64,000 nt of DNA from TPA_inf: Saccharomyces (lineage: Eukaryota). The translations under genes were made by a program, and so were the position numbers. Location of the stretch: the NCBI GenBank assembly GCA_000146045.2, contig BK006938.2:864001-928000 (forward strand). Direction: 5' to 3'. The notes below the pieces were generated by a model that made no database searches, was not told where the DNA came from, and saw nothing but the letters and a program-made list of their open reading frames with translations. Of this stretch, positions 22,866 to 35,550 are shown piece after piece; the first letter of the stretch is position 1; each line of letters starts with the position of its first letter.

Positions 22866-23231
22866 AAGTCCACGCAGTACCCTGCATAATCATGTATTAC
22901 CATAAAAAGGCTTTAATATGAGAAAAAGGTGAGCGCTATATAGATTTAGTAATTTACATGTTACAGAAGCAAAAAGCAAATATATATATATTTTTTATCA
23001 TATTAGTTTTTATCCTCAGTAGTACTACTGAAATAATAATCTCAGATTTTTTTTTTTCACTTGCCGAGGGACCTTGTCCTAAGTGGCAAAGAACTGAAAA
23101 AAAAAAAAATTGAAATGCGGTGGTATCACATGAAGAGTAAATAACTTAAGCAAAAGAGAGGCCACTGAGAGAGTACAAGAAAGGGACAATAACAATAGAC
23201 AGAAGACTTTTATATTTGTAATAACTTAGCG

Positions 23232-24911
23232 ATGTCCCAATTATTCAATAACTCGCGCTCAGATACCCTTTTCCTAGGAGGTGAAAAAATAAGTGGTGAT
23301 GATATTCGTAATCAGAATGTTTTGGCTACTATGGCTGTGGCTAACGTCGTCAAGTCATCTTTAGGCCCCGTTGGACTGGACAAAATGCTTGTTGATGACA
23401 TTGGTGATTTTACCGTCACCAACGATGGTGCCACTATTTTGTCTTTGTTAGATGTTCAACATCCAGCTGGAAAAATTTTAGTAGAATTGGCTCAACAACA
23501 GGACAGAGAAATTGGTGACGGTACTACTAGTGTTGTTATTATTGCTTCTGAGTTGTTGAAAAGAGCTAATGAATTAGTCAAAAATAAGATTCATCCAACT
23601 ACCATCATAACTGGTTTCAGGGTTGCATTAAGAGAGGCTATTCGTTTTATAAATGAAGTTCTTTCCACAAGTGTTGACACTTTAGGGAAAGAGACGTTAA
23701 TTAATATAGCCAAGACTAGTATGTCCTCTAAGATCATTGGTGCTGACTCTGATTTTTTCAGCAATATGGTTGTAGATGCTCTTTTGGCTGTTAAGACGCA
23801 AAATTCCAAAGGAGAAATCAAGTATCCCGTAAAGGCTGTCAATGTGTTGAAAGCTCATGGTAAATCTGCCACTGAATCACTGTTGGTGCCAGGTTATGCT
23901 TTGAATTGTACAGTTGCTTCTCAAGCAATGCCTAAACGTATCGCCGGTGGCAATGTGAAAATCGCATGTTTGGATTTGAACTTGCAGAAAGCTCGTATGG
24001 CAATGGGTGTTCAAATCAACATTGATGATCCGGAACAATTGGAGCAAATCCGTAAACGTGAAGCTGGTATTGTTTTGGAAAGAGTGAAGAAGATCATTGA
24101 TGCTGGTGCTCAAGTTGTGTTAACCACCAAAGGTATTGATGATTTATGCTTAAAGGAGTTCGTTGAAGCTAAGATAATGGGTGTAAGACGCTGTAAGAAG
24201 GAAGATTTGAGAAGAATTGCACGCGCTACAGGCGCCACTTTGGTTAGTTCTATGTCTAACTTAGAAGGTGAGGAAACTTTCGAAAGCAGTTATTTAGGTC
24301 TTTGTGATGAAGTAGTTCAAGCCAAATTTTCTGATGATGAGTGTATCTTAATTAAGGGTACTTCTAAACATTCATCTTCTTCGATCATTTTAAGAGGTGC
24401 CAACGATTATTCTTTAGATGAGATGGAACGTTCTTTGCACGATTCTCTTTCTGTTGTCAAAAGAACGCTTGAAAGTGGAAATGTTGTCCCCGGTGGAGGT
24501 TGCGTTGAAGCCGCATTGAATATCTATTTGGACAATTTTGCCACCACAGTTGGTTCTCGTGAACAGTTAGCTATTGCTGAGTTTGCAGCTGCATTATTAA
24601 TCATTCCAAAAACTTTAGCTGTTAACGCTGCCAAGGATTCTAGTGAATTAGTTGCAAAATTAAGGTCCTACCATGCCGCTAGTCAAATGGCCAAGCCAGA
24701 GGACGTTAAGAGGAGAAGCTACAGAAATTACGGCCTAGATTTGATTAGAGGTAAAATTGTGGACGAGATTCACGCTGGTGTTCTTGAGCCAACCATAAGC
24801 AAAGTCAAATCCTTGAAATCAGCATTGGAGGCTTGTGTAGCAATTCTAAGAATTGATACAATGATTACAGTGGATCCAGAACCACCCAAAGAAGATCCGC
24901 ACGATCATTGA
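23232..24911 (+). CDS. TCP1: Tcp1/Cct1, alpha subunit of the cytosolic chaperonin CCT, 559 aa
   Basis: Chaperonin signature [20 protein letters not shown] loop, 559 aa. N-terminus [30 protein letters not shown]. Confidence 0.93.
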   Translation: MSQLFNNSRSDTLFLGGEKISGDDIRNQNVLATMAVANVVKSSLGPVGLDKMLVDDIGDFTVTNDGATILSLLDVQHPAGKILVELAQQQDREIGDGTTSVVIIASELLKRANELVKNKIHPTTIITGFRVALREAIRFINEVLSTSVDTLGKETLINIAKTSMSSKIIGADSDFFSNMVVDALLAVKTQNSKGEIKYPVKAVNVLKAHGKSATESLLVPGYALNCTVASQAMPKRIAGGNVKIACLDLNLQKARMAMGVQINIDDPEQLEQIRKREAGIVLERVKKIIDAGAQVVLTTKGIDDLCLKEFVEAKIMGVRRCKKEDLRRIARATGATLVSSMSNLEGEETFESSYLGLCDEVVQAKFSDDECILIKGTSKHSSSSIILRGANDYSLDEMERSLHDSLSVVKRTLESGNVVPGGGCVEAALNIYLDNFATTVGSREQLAIAEFAAALLIIPKTLAVNAAKDSSELVAKLRSYHAASQMAKPEDVKRRSYRNYGLDLIRGKIVDEIHAGVLEPTISKVKSLKSALEACVAILRIDTMITVDPEPPKEDPHDH

Positions 24912-25750
24912 TTCTTTGCGTAATCCGAACGAGATTCTGTATCTGCATGTAAACTAATAAACCTATATAAAATTTAATTATATTTTTTTCAGCTAGTTCT
25001 ATTTTTGAATTTGATCGCTAACTCTGGGCAGTTGATAAGCGCTTCCCAGCTTTTCACGTGCGAGGTGGACTAATACGTAATAACGCGTACCTATTAGGAC
25101 TTCGTTGAGTTGTTTTTCTTGTCCAAATGCAGAAGCGGGTCCCTACAAACTATTGTGTTTGTTCGTAAACGAGCAGGAACCCTGTTAAAGGAAAAAAGCT
25201 TAACGCTAGCGTTACATTTTAGTAAGGCGGCAATAAAAAAGAATGCGGAGTGTATTCCATGAATTCAATTGCGCTTACTGCTAAGCCTGTTTCTAAACAT
25301 GATCCCCAGGGTGAATATCTCCCATAGTGGCTGTGTTATTCTGTCTAAATGTGGCAGCTAAATAAGGTTTTTTCCAAGCTATTTTTTTCTCTAAACGAGC
25401 GCACCTTAGCGGGATCGCGTCAAATTTTCGCCCAACGAATATTATTCTATTGTCTTCAGTGAATGTGCTTGTCGAAATCTATATATGCGCCGCCCTGGCA
25501 GGATCAGCAAATACAAGTTACTTGGAAAGTCGCGGCATAGAAAGTAGACACTTCTTTTGTCAAAGATTGATATTGCTTTCAGGGTGCGATAGTGCTGACT
25601 GTTCCTCTAAACAGCGATTTTTTACATACATTAACTTTTTGAAGTTGTAGGAACTATCTTTTCTCATTTATCCAACACTAAAACAAAATTGAGCTTTCCA
25701 GAAATAGTGAATCAAAAAAAGTTAAGTACAAATATTTACAGTTCAGCAGT

Positions 25751-28492
25751 ATGAGCGAAGTCGGTATACAGAATCACAAGAAAGCGGTGACAAAACCCAG
25801 AAGAAGAGAAAAAGTCATCGAGCTAATTGAAGTGGACGGCAAAAAGGTGAGTACGACTTCAACCGGTAAACGTAAATTCCATAACAAATCAAAGAATGGG
25901 TGCGATAACTGTAAAAGAAGAAGAGTTAAGTGTGATGAAGGGAAGCCAGCCTGTAGGAAGTGCACAAATATGAAGTTGGAATGTCAGTATACACCAATCC
26001 ATTTAAGGAAAGGTAGAGGAGCAACAGTAGTGAAGTATGTCACGAGAAAGGCAGACGGTAGCGTGGAGTCTGATTCATCGGTAGATTTACCTCCTACGAT
26101 CAAGAAGGAGCAGACACCGTTCAATGATATCCAATCAGCGGTAAAAGCTTCAGGCTCATCCAATGATTCCTTTCCATCAAGCGCCTCTACAACTAAGAGT
26201 GAGAGCGAGGAAAAGTCATCGGCCCCTATAGAGGACAAAAACAATATGACTCCTCTAAGTATGGGCCTCCAGGGTACCATCAATAAGAAAGATATGATGA
26301 ATAACTTTTTCTCTCAAAATGGCACTATTGGTTTTGGTTCTCCTGAAAGATTGAATTCAGGTATCGATGGCTTACTATTACCGCCATTGCCTTCTGGAAA
26401 TATGGGTGCGTTCCAACTTCAGCAACAGCAGCAAGTGCAGCAGCAATCTCAACCACAGACCCAAGCGCAGCAAGCAAGTGGAACTCCAAACGAGAGATAT
26501 GGTTCATTCGATCTTGCGGGTAGTCCTGCATTGCAATCCACGGGAATGAGCTTATCAAATAGTCTAAGCGGGATGTTACTATGTAACAGGATTCCTTCCG
26601 GCCAAAACTACACTCAACAACAATTACAATATCAATTACACCAGCAGCTGCAATTGCAACAGCATCAGCAAGTTCAGCTGCAGCAGTATCAACAATTACG
26701 TCAGGAACAACACCAACAAGTTCAGCAACAACAACAGGAACAACTCCAGCAATACCAACAACATTTTTTGCAACAGCAGCAACAAGTACTGCTTCAGCAA
26801 GAGCAACAACCTAACGATGAGGAAGGTGGCGTTCAGGAAGAAAACAGCAAAAAGGTAAAGGAAGGGCCTTTACAATCACAAACAAGCGAAACTACTTTAA
26901 ACAGCGATGCTGCTACATTACAAGCTGATGCATTATCTCAGTTAAGTAAGATGGGGCTAAGCCTAAAGTCGTTAAGTACCTTTCCAACAGCTGGTATTGG
27001 TGGTGTTTCCTATGACTTTCAGGAACTGTTAGGTATTAAGTTTCCAATAAATAACGGCAATTCAAGAGCTACTAAGGCCAGCAACGCAGAGGAAGCTTTG
27101 GCCAATATGCAAGAGCATCATGAACGTGCAGCTGCTTCTGTAAAGGAGAATGATGGTCAGCTCTCTGATACGAAGAGTCCAGCGCCATCGAATAACGCCC
27201 AAGGGGGAAGTGCTAGTATTATGGAACCTCAGGCGGCTGATGCGGTTTCGACAATGGCGCCTATATCAATGATTGAAAGAAACATGAACAGAAACAGCAA
27301 CATTTCTCCATCAACGCCCTCTGCAGTGTTGAATGATAGGCAAGAGATGCAAGATTCTATAAGTTCTCTAGGAAATCTGACAAAAGCAGCCTTGGAGAAC
27401 AACGAACCAACGATAAGTTTACAAACATCACAGACAGAGAATGAAGACGATGCATCGCGGCAAGACATGACCTCAAAAATTAATAACGAAGCTGACCGAA
27501 GTTCTGTTTCTGCTGGTACCAGTAACATCGCTAAGCTTTTAGATCTTTCTACCAAAGGCAATCTGAACCTGATAGACATGAAACTGTTTCATCATTATTG
27601 CACAAAGGTCTGGCCTACGATTACAGCGGCCAAAGTTTCTGGGCCTGAAATATGGAGGGACTACATACCGGAGTTAGCATTTGACTATCCATTTTTAATG
27701 CACGCTTTGTTGGCATTCAGTGCCACCCATCTTTCGAGGACTGAAACTGGACTGGAGCAATACGTTTCATCTCACCGCCTAGACGCTCTGAGATTATTAA
27801 GAGAAGCTGTTTTAGAAATATCTGAGAATAACACCGATGCGCTAGTTGCCAGCGCCCTGATACTAATCATGGACTCGTTAGCAAATGCTAGTGGTAACGG
27901 CACTGTAGGAAACCAAAGTTTGAATAGCATGTCACCAAGCGCTTGGATCTTTCATGTCAAAGGTGCTGCAACAATTTTAACCGCTGTGTGGCCTTTGAGT
28001 GAAAGATCTAAATTTCATAACATTATATCTGTTGATCTTAGCGATTTAGGCGATGTCATTAACCCTGATGTTGGAACAATTACTGAATTGGTATGTTTTG
28101 ATGAAAGTATTGCCGATTTGTATCCTGTCGGCTTAGATTCGCCATATTTGATAACACTAGCTTATTTAGATAAATTGCACCGTGAAAAAAACCAGGGTGA
28201 TTTTATTCTGCGGGTATTTACATTTCCAGCATTGCTAGACAAGACATTCCTGGCATTACTGATGACAGGTGATTTAGGTGCAATGAGAATTATGAGATCA
28301 TATTATAAACTACTTCGAGGATTTGCCACAGAGGTCAAGGATAAAGTCTGGTTTCTCGAAGGAGTCACGCAGGTGCTGCCTCAAGATGTTGACGAATACA
28401 GTGGAGGTGGTGGTATGCATATGATGCTAGATTTCCTCGGTGGCGGATTACCATCGATGACAACAACAAATTTCTCTGATTTTTCGTTATGA
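25751..28492 (+). CDS. UPC2: Upc2, Zn2Cys6 sterol-regulatory transcription factor, 913 aa
   Basis: N-terminal Zn2Cys6 CDNCKRRRVKCDEGKPACRKCTNMKLEC, long poly-Q/Q-rich linker, conserved C-terminal ligand-binding/activation domain. 913 aa. Confidence 0.92.
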   Translation: MSEVGIQNHKKAVTKPRRREKVIELIEVDGKKVSTTSTGKRKFHNKSKNGCDNCKRRRVKCDEGKPACRKCTNMKLECQYTPIHLRKGRGATVVKYVTRKADGSVESDSSVDLPPTIKKEQTPFNDIQSAVKASGSSNDSFPSSASTTKSESEEKSSAPIEDKNNMTPLSMGLQGTINKKDMMNNFFSQNGTIGFGSPERLNSGIDGLLLPPLPSGNMGAFQLQQQQQVQQQSQPQTQAQQASGTPNERYGSFDLAGSPALQSTGMSLSNSLSGMLLCNRIPSGQNYTQQQLQYQLHQQLQLQQHQQVQLQQYQQLRQEQHQQVQQQQQEQLQQYQQHFLQQQQQVLLQQEQQPNDEEGGVQEENSKKVKEGPLQSQTSETTLNSDAATLQADALSQLSKMGLSLKSLSTFPTAGIGGVSYDFQELLGIKFPINNGNSRATKASNAEEALANMQEHHERAAASVKENDGQLSDTKSPAPSNNAQGGSASIMEPQAADAVSTMAPISMIERNMNRNSNISPSTPSAVLNDRQEMQDSISSLGNLTKAALENNEPTISLQTSQTENEDDASRQDMTSKINNEADRSSVSAGTSNIAKLLDLSTKGNLNLIDMKLFHHYCTKVWPTITAAKVSGPEIWRDYIPELAFDYPFLMHALLAFSATHLSRTETGLEQYVSSHRLDALRLLREAVLEISENNTDALVASALILIMDSLANASGNGTVGNQSLNSMSPSAWIFHVKGAATILTAVWPLSERSKFHNIISVDLSDLGDVINPDVGTITELVCFDESIADLYPVGLDSPYLITLAYLDKLHREKNQGDFILRVFTFPALLDKTFLALLMTGDLGAMRIMRSYYKLLRGFATEVKDKVWFLEGVTQVLPQDVDEYSGGGGMHMMLDFLGGGLPSMTTTNFSDFSL

Positions 28493-28696
28493 TAGAAAAT
28501 TTAAAAGTGCAGAATATTCGAAATAGATTCCCAAAAAAAAAAAAAGGGATATTGTGTTACCCAGTTCACAATGGAATTTTCTAGAAGAAAAAACAAAGAA
28601 GCCTCGCAACAAACCAAGATGGATTCAAAATGCCTACTTACCGCATTGTATGTGGGAGAATGAACATATCTGTAATTGTATTATATAAAAGTAGTT

Positions 28697-28698
<2 letters not shown>

Positions 28699-28731
<33 letters not shown>
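28699..28731. repeat. Poly(dT) tract of 33 nt in the UPC2-AHA1 intergenic region
   Basis: Uninterrupted run of 33 T read directly from the sequence. Confidence 0.95.
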
Positions 28732-28735
<4 letters not shown>

Positions 28736-28874
28736 GTAATGCAAATACAAAAAGAACTGCAGGCATTTTGAAAGTTCACTCGTATAGGAAACTTTGATAG
28801 AGAGGCAATTCCTTACTTTCGTTATTCCTTTCAGTCTTATTCTTAATCGTTTATAGTAGCAACAATATATCAAT

Positions 28875-29927
28875 ATGGTCGTGAATAACCCAAATAACTG
28901 GCACTGGGTCGATAAGAACTGCATCGGATGGGCCAAGGAGTATTTCAAACAGAAACTGGTTGGAGTGGAGGCCGGTTCGGTGAAGGATAAAAAGTATGCC
29001 AAAATCAAGTCTGTTTCGTCCATTGAAGGTGATTGTGAAGTTAATCAGCGTAAGGGGAAGGTTATATCTTTGTTTGATTTGAAAATCACGGTGTTAATAG
29101 AGGGACACGTGGACTCTAAGGACGGATCGGCATTGCCATTCGAGGGTAGCATTAACGTTCCTGAAGTTGCCTTCGATAGCGAGGCCTCAAGCTATCAATT
29201 TGACATATCTATATTTAAGGAGACTAGCGAATTGAGTGAAGCCAAGCCACTAATTAGATCCGAGTTATTGCCCAAGTTGAGACAAATTTTCCAACAATTT
29301 GGCAAGGATTTGCTGGCCACCCATGGTAATGACATTCAGGTGCCCGAATCTCAGGTGAAATCTAACTACACAAGAGGTAACCAAAAAAGTAGCTTTACCG
29401 AAATCAAGGACTCCGCTTCAAAGCCAAAAAAGAATGCACTTCCCTCTTCTACTTCAACTTCAGCACCAGTCTCCAGCACCAACAAAGTCCCCCAAAACGG
29501 AAGCGGCAATAGTACATCTATTTATTTAGAACCAACTTTTAATGTGCCTTCCTCCGAGCTCTACGAAACGTTCCTTGATAAGCAACGCATATTGGCCTGG
29601 ACCAGATCAGCACAATTTTTCAACAGCGGACCGAAGCTGGAGACCAAAGAAAAATTCGAGCTCTTTGGCGGCAACGTGATCAGCGAGTTGGTTTCATGCG
29701 AAAAGGACAAGAAACTTGTTTTCCACTGGAAACTCAAGGATTGGTCTGCCCCTTTCAACTCTACTATCGAAATGACTTTCCATGAGTCGCAAGAATTCCA
29801 TGAAACCAAATTACAGGTGAAGTGGACTGGCATACCCGTTGGCGAGGAAGATCGCGTGCGCGCTAATTTTGAAGAATACTACGTGCGTTCTATTAAATTG
29901 ACATTCGGCTTTGGTGCCGTATTATAA
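28875..29927 (+). CDS. AHA1: Aha1, activator of Hsp90 ATPase, 350 aa
   Basis: MVVNNPNNWHWVDKNCIGWAKEYF N-terminal Aha1 domain. 350 aa. Confidence 0.9.
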   Translation: MVVNNPNNWHWVDKNCIGWAKEYFKQKLVGVEAGSVKDKKYAKIKSVSSIEGDCEVNQRKGKVISLFDLKITVLIEGHVDSKDGSALPFEGSINVPEVAFDSEASSYQFDISIFKETSELSEAKPLIRSELLPKLRQIFQQFGKDLLATHGNDIQVPESQVKSNYTRGNQKSSFTEIKDSASKPKKNALPSSTSTSAPVSSTNKVPQNGSGNSTSIYLEPTFNVPSSELYETFLDKQRILAWTRSAQFFNSGPKLETKEKFELFGGNVISELVSCEKDKKLVFHWKLKDWSAPFNSTIEMTFHESQEFHETKLQVKWTGIPVGEEDRVRANFEEYYVRSIKLTFGFGAVL

Positions 29928-31034
29928 GATATATTGTTCTCATGTTTCAATAAAAGTATGCGTAAATATTTACATACCACTATTGGCATAGATAGAATGC
30001 AATACATCATGTAGTTCTGTACGGCATCCGCGCGGCTCCGATCGCCCGTCCTACTTTTGCGGCCCGGCGCCGACGGCCTCCCCGGAATTTACCAACGAAG
30101 AGGAAAATAAACTGGAGTTATAACGCCATTGGCGGGAAACTCCGAAACCATAGCGCCGTGGTCTTTCCCCGGTTTTTTGGCGCCGGGTGTGCTTGCGTTG
30201 TGTGAACGGCGCCCTGGCAGCTGAGGGGGAAGGGAAACGCCGGAGGCGACGGCAAGGATGACCATGGCGTCAAGGAACATGCGGAACATGCTAGAATGAT
30301 TGCCGAAAGGGCGGGCCCTAGTCAATGGCATCATGCGGGAACGTGCAGTAAAGCTCAATGTAACTTGATGCCTATCGGCGTTGTTCGAGCTAAGGACGAT
30401 GTGATAGACTGAGGAAGGGTGAACGTCGATAGTTAGCCGTTGTGAACTAAATAAAAGTGATATTTTTTCGTTGTTCTTTTCTTGGTTTGGCGGTGTTTTC
30501 ATTTGTTTTCATGTTTTACTTCGCCACAGGTTTTCAAAGAACAACGCCTTAAAAATAGGAAAACGTTTTCGCTACAGGTGTTGTTATTATTGTTGTTGTG
30601 CTGTTGTTTATTGTGCTATACTTGTGGTATTTATTCTGGACTTCCGATCGGAAATTTTCTTCCCTTGAAGACCTTTTGAAGACAACAGTTATATATCATT
30701 GATCTGAATTTCTCAGGCTATTTTCAAAATTCCATACCTCCTTATTCCAACATTTGCTCGACTACTATAGAAAAGCCTTATTCTTTTATCTTTGAAAGAA
30801 AGAAAAGGTGTCATAGCAAAAGTTTATTGTTACTCTGTTTTGATATACTCCCTCTTATTCGTTGGAAGTATAAGATTGATTTGCATAAATTAACCAATCA
30901 TTTTGCTACTTTCCCGGTTCTCCCTTTATTATAAACACTTCAGAAAAATATTCTGCTACTATTCCTTACTTTACTATAAGAATTTTGTTTTCCAAAAAAA
31001 AAAAATATAAAAAAAATAATCATACTCTATTACT

Positions 31035-34000
31035 ATGGCTAACGTAGAAAAACCAAACGATTGTTCAGGCTTTCCCGTTGTTGACTTGAATTCGTGCTTT
31101 TCTAACGGCTTCAATAATGAGAAACAAGAAATAGAAATGGAAACGGATGATTCACCGATTTTATTAATGTCATCATCAGCTTCCAGAGAAAACTCAAACA
31201 CTTTCTCTGTGATACAGAGGACGCCAGATGGAAAGATCATTACCACAAATAATAATATGAACTCCAAGATTAACAAGCAACTGGACAAGTTGCCCGAAAA
31301 TTTAAGGCTTAATGGTAGAACCCCCAGTGGGAAACTAAGGTCATTTGTTTGCGAGGTTTGTACGAGAGCGTTCGCAAGACAAGAGCACTTGAAAAGACAT
31401 TACAGATCGCATACAAATGAAAAACCTTATCCCTGTGGCCTCTGCAACAGATGCTTTACTAGGAGGGACTTACTGATCAGGCATGCTCAAAAAATCCATA
31501 GTGGTAATTTAGGGGAAACGATTTCCCATACCAAGAAAGTGTCGAGAACTATAACTAAAGCTCGGAAAAATTCTGCATCCTCAGTCAAGTTTCAAACTCC
31601 AACCTATGGTACTCCAGATAATGGTAATTTTTTGAATCGCACTACTGCCAATACAAGAAGAAAAGCAAGCCCTGAAGCTAATGTTAAACGTAAGTACTTG
31701 AAAAAACTGACGCGCAGGGCTTCATTTAGCGCACAATCAGCATCCAGCTATGCTTTGCCCGACCAATCTTCGCTAGAACAACATCCAAAGGATCGTGTTA
31801 AATTTTCTACGCCTGAATTAGTTCCACTTGACTTGAAGAATCCTGAACTTGACTCTTCGTTTGACCTGAATATGAATCTAGATTTAAACCTAAATCTAGA
31901 TTCCAATTTCAATATAGCATTAAACCGTTCTGATTCTTCTGGATCAACAATGAATTTGGATTATAAATTGCCCGAATCAGCAAATAACTACACATATTCT
32001 TCCGGCTCACCAACCCGCGCATATGTCGGCGCTAACACGAATTCTAAGAACGCTTCATTTAATGACGCAGACTTATTGTCGTCGTCGTACTGGATAAAAG
32101 CCTATAATGATCATTTGTTTTCAGTATCTGAAAGTGATGAAACTTCTCCAATGAACTCTGAATTAAACGACACTAAATTAATCGTCCCAGATTTTAAATC
32201 GACTATACATCATTTGAAGGATTCAAGGTCCTCCTCTTGGACTGTTGCTATAGATAATAATAGCAATAACAATAAGGTATCAGACAACCAACCTGATTTC
32301 GTCGATTTTCAAGAACTGCTGGATAATGATACTTTAGGTAATGATTTGTTAGAGACCACTGCCGTTTTAAAAGAATTTGAACTTTTACATGATGATAGCG
32401 TAAGTGCTACCGCCACGTCAAATGAGATTGACCTTTCCCATTTGAACCTATCAAACTCTCCAATTTCTCCTCATAAGTTAATTTATAAGAATAAAGAGGG
32501 GACCAATGACGATATGTTGATTTCTTTCGGACTCGATCATCCTTCCAATCGCGAAGATGATCTGGATAAGCTATGTAATATGACCAGAGATGTTCAAGCC
32601 ATATTCAGTCAATATTTGAAAGGAGAAGAGTCTAAACGATCCCTGGAAGACTTTTTATCAACGTCAAACAGGAAAGAAAAGCCAGATAGCGGCAACTATA
32701 CTTTTTATGGGTTAGATTGTTTAACGTTATCGAAAATATCAAGAGCTCTGCCGGCCTCCACTGTGAACAACAATCAGCCATCGCATTCCATAGAATCAAA
32801 GCTATTTAATGAACCAATGAGAAATATGTGCATTAAAGTGCTTAGATACTATGAAAAGTTCAGTCATGATAGTAGTGAGAGTGTCATGGACTCTAATCCA
32901 AACTTGCTGTCCAAAGAATTGTTAATGCCAGCTGTGAGTGAATTGAACGAATATTTAGATCTTTTCAAGAATAATTTCCTTCCCCATTTCCCTATTATTC
33001 ACCCAAGCTTGCTTGATTTGGATTTGGATAGCTTGCAACGATATACTAATGAGGATGGGTATGATGACGCTGAAAACGCGCAGTTGTTTGATCGATTAAG
33101 TCAAGGGACAGATAAAGAATATGATTACGAGCACTATCAAATCTTGTCCATTTCGAAAATCGTTTGTTTACCCTTATTTATGGCCACATTTGGTTCTTTG
33201 CATAAGTTCGGTTACAAATCTCAAACAATAGAATTGTATGAGATGAGTAGAAGAATTCTACATTCTTTTTTGGAGACTAAAAGAAGGTGTCGCAGTACAA
33301 CAGTAAATGACAGTTATCAGAACATTTGGTTGATGCAATCCCTAATATTGAGCTTCATGTTCGCTCTAGTTGCTGATTATTTGGAGAAAATTGACTCCTC
33401 TTTGATGAAAAGGCAATTGTCCGCATTATGTTCAACGATCAGATCAAACTGTTTACCGACAATTTCTGCAAATTCTGAGAAGAGTATCAATAATAACAAT
33501 GAACCTTTAACATTTGGTTCTCCTCTTCAATACATCATTTTTGAGTCAAAAATTAGATGCACCTTAATGGCTTATGATTTTTGTCAGTTCTTGAAATGTT
33601 TCTTCCATATTAAATTCGATTTGTCTATAAAGGAAAAAGATGTTGAAACCATTTATATTCCCGACAATGAGTCAAAATGGGCCAGTGAATCGATAATATG
33701 TAATGGGCATGTTGTGCAAAAGCAAAATTTTTATGATTTTAGAAACTTTTATTACAGTTTCACGTATGGACACTTACACTCAATACCAGAATTTTTAGGG
33801 TCATCTATGATTTATTATGAATACGATTTAAGAAAAGGAACCAAATCACATGTGTTTTTGGATCGAATCGATACGAAAAGGCTAGAGAGGAGTCTTGACA
33901 CTTCTTCCTATGGCAATGATAATATGGCAGCAACCAATAAAAATATTGCGATCTTAATTGATGACACCATAATTTTGAAAAATAATTTAATGTCAATGAG

Positions 34001-35006
34001 ATTCATCAAACAGATTGATCGCTCGTTTACTGAGAAGGTTAGAAAAGGACAAATAGCAAAGATATATGATTCCTTTTTGAACTCTGTGAGGTTGAATTTT
34101 TTGAAGAATTATTCAGTTGAAGTATTGTGTGAATTTTTAGTAGCGTTGAACTTTTCAATCCGTAATATTTCGTCTTTATACGTAGAAGAAGAAAGTGATT
34201 GCTCCCAAAGAATGAATTCTCCAGAGCTGCCAAGGATCCACCTGAATAATCAAGCGCTTTCTGTCTTCAATTTACAAGGCTATTACTATTGCTTCATCCT
34301 AATTATCAAATTTTTATTGGATTTTGAAGCAACTCCAAATTTTAAGTTACTGAGAATTTTTATTGAGTTGAGAAGCCTTGCGAATTCTATTTTACTTCCC
34401 ACACTTTCAAGATTGTATCCGCAAGAGTTTTCTGGATTTCCTGATGTTGTATTTACGCAACAATTTATAAATAAAGATAATGGTATGCTTGTCCCTGGTT
34501 TATCCGCAAATGAACACCATAATGGTGCAAGTGCAGCTGTTAAGACTAAGTTAGCCAAAAAGATCAATGTTGAAGGGCTTGCAATGTTTATTAATGAAAT
34601 CCTAGTTAACTCTTTTAACGATACCTCTTTTTTGAATATGGAGGATCCTATTCGAAATGAATTTTCCTTTGATAATGGGGACAGGGCAGTGACAGACTTG
34701 CCTCGTTCAGCACATTTCCTATCGGATACCGGCCTAGAAGGTATTAACTTCAGCGGCTTAAATGATTCGCATCAAACTGTTTCTACTTTGAATCTTTTAC
34801 GTTACGGGGAAAATCATTCATCAAAACATAAAAATGGTGGAAAGGGGCAAGGATTTGCCGAAAAGTACCAATTATCTCTGAAATATGTTACTATTGCCAA
34901 GTTATTTTTCACCAATGTTAAAGAAAACTACATTCATTGTCACATGTTAGATAAGATGGCAAGTGATTTCCACACTTTGGAAAATCATCTAAAGGGAAAC
35001 AGTTGA
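31035..35006 (+). CDS. ADR1: Adr1, C2H2 zinc-finger transcription factor for glucose-repressed genes, 1323 aa
   Basis: Two C2H2 fingers [23 protein letters not shown] and [24 protein letters not shown] near the N-terminus. 1323 aa. Confidence 0.93.
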
Positions 35007-35550
35007 CGATTATGTCTCGTTGCTGATATGTGTCGTCCCAGTACTCAACTCTTTCTGATGAGATTTTGAATATCTCATTTTATTTCTCATCAAACAGCCA
35101 TGCATGCGACTGAAGTGGACTACTGCGGGAGAACACCGATCTTATCTTTGAAATTGTTGCACAAAAATATTTCACTACCTTGGCGTTTCTCATCTCACCC
35201 ATTGGGGTGAATCTCGTTATTGCTCCTTATTTTGGTCCATTTTATATTAAATCCTGTATCATGTTTAACATTTTTCATCTTATACCTCATACAAAAAAGA
35301 AAAGCTATTTATGAAAGTTAGTTCATTACAAGATGCAAGCCTAAAATATATGCTTGATCTTAAAATTCATGTATAGAAGAAAAAGACCTTACCAACGTTG
35401 TTGGTTACCGTGTATAACTAATACCAATCTTGAACATTAACCACTCCTGGCGTGTGGGAGGATGTTCTTAGACTTAATTAAGAATCTCTAAATTTTTTTT
35501 TATTTAATCGTCCCTTTCTATCAATTATGAGTTTATATATTTTTATAATT

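Noticed and set aside
25450-25650. 66-codon ORF in the UPC2 upstream region
   Set aside because: Short, no recognisable features, and it sits in a promoter region. Likely non-coding.
28760-28840. Possible heat-shock element upstream of AHA1 (GAAacTTT ... TTCgttaTTCctTTC)
   Set aside because: The GAA/TTC units are not in the regular 5-bp alternating register required for an HSE. AHA1 is a known Hsf1 target, but I cannot support a specific site from the sequence alone.
30089-30502. 137-codon minus-strand ORF (YDR215C) between AHA1 and ADR1
   Set aside because: It lies entirely within an unusually GC-rich stretch where stop codons are rare by composition. The hypothetical product is low-complexity and Arg/Pro/Gly/Ala-rich. 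I treat it as a dubious, non-coding ORF and report the GC island under findings instead.
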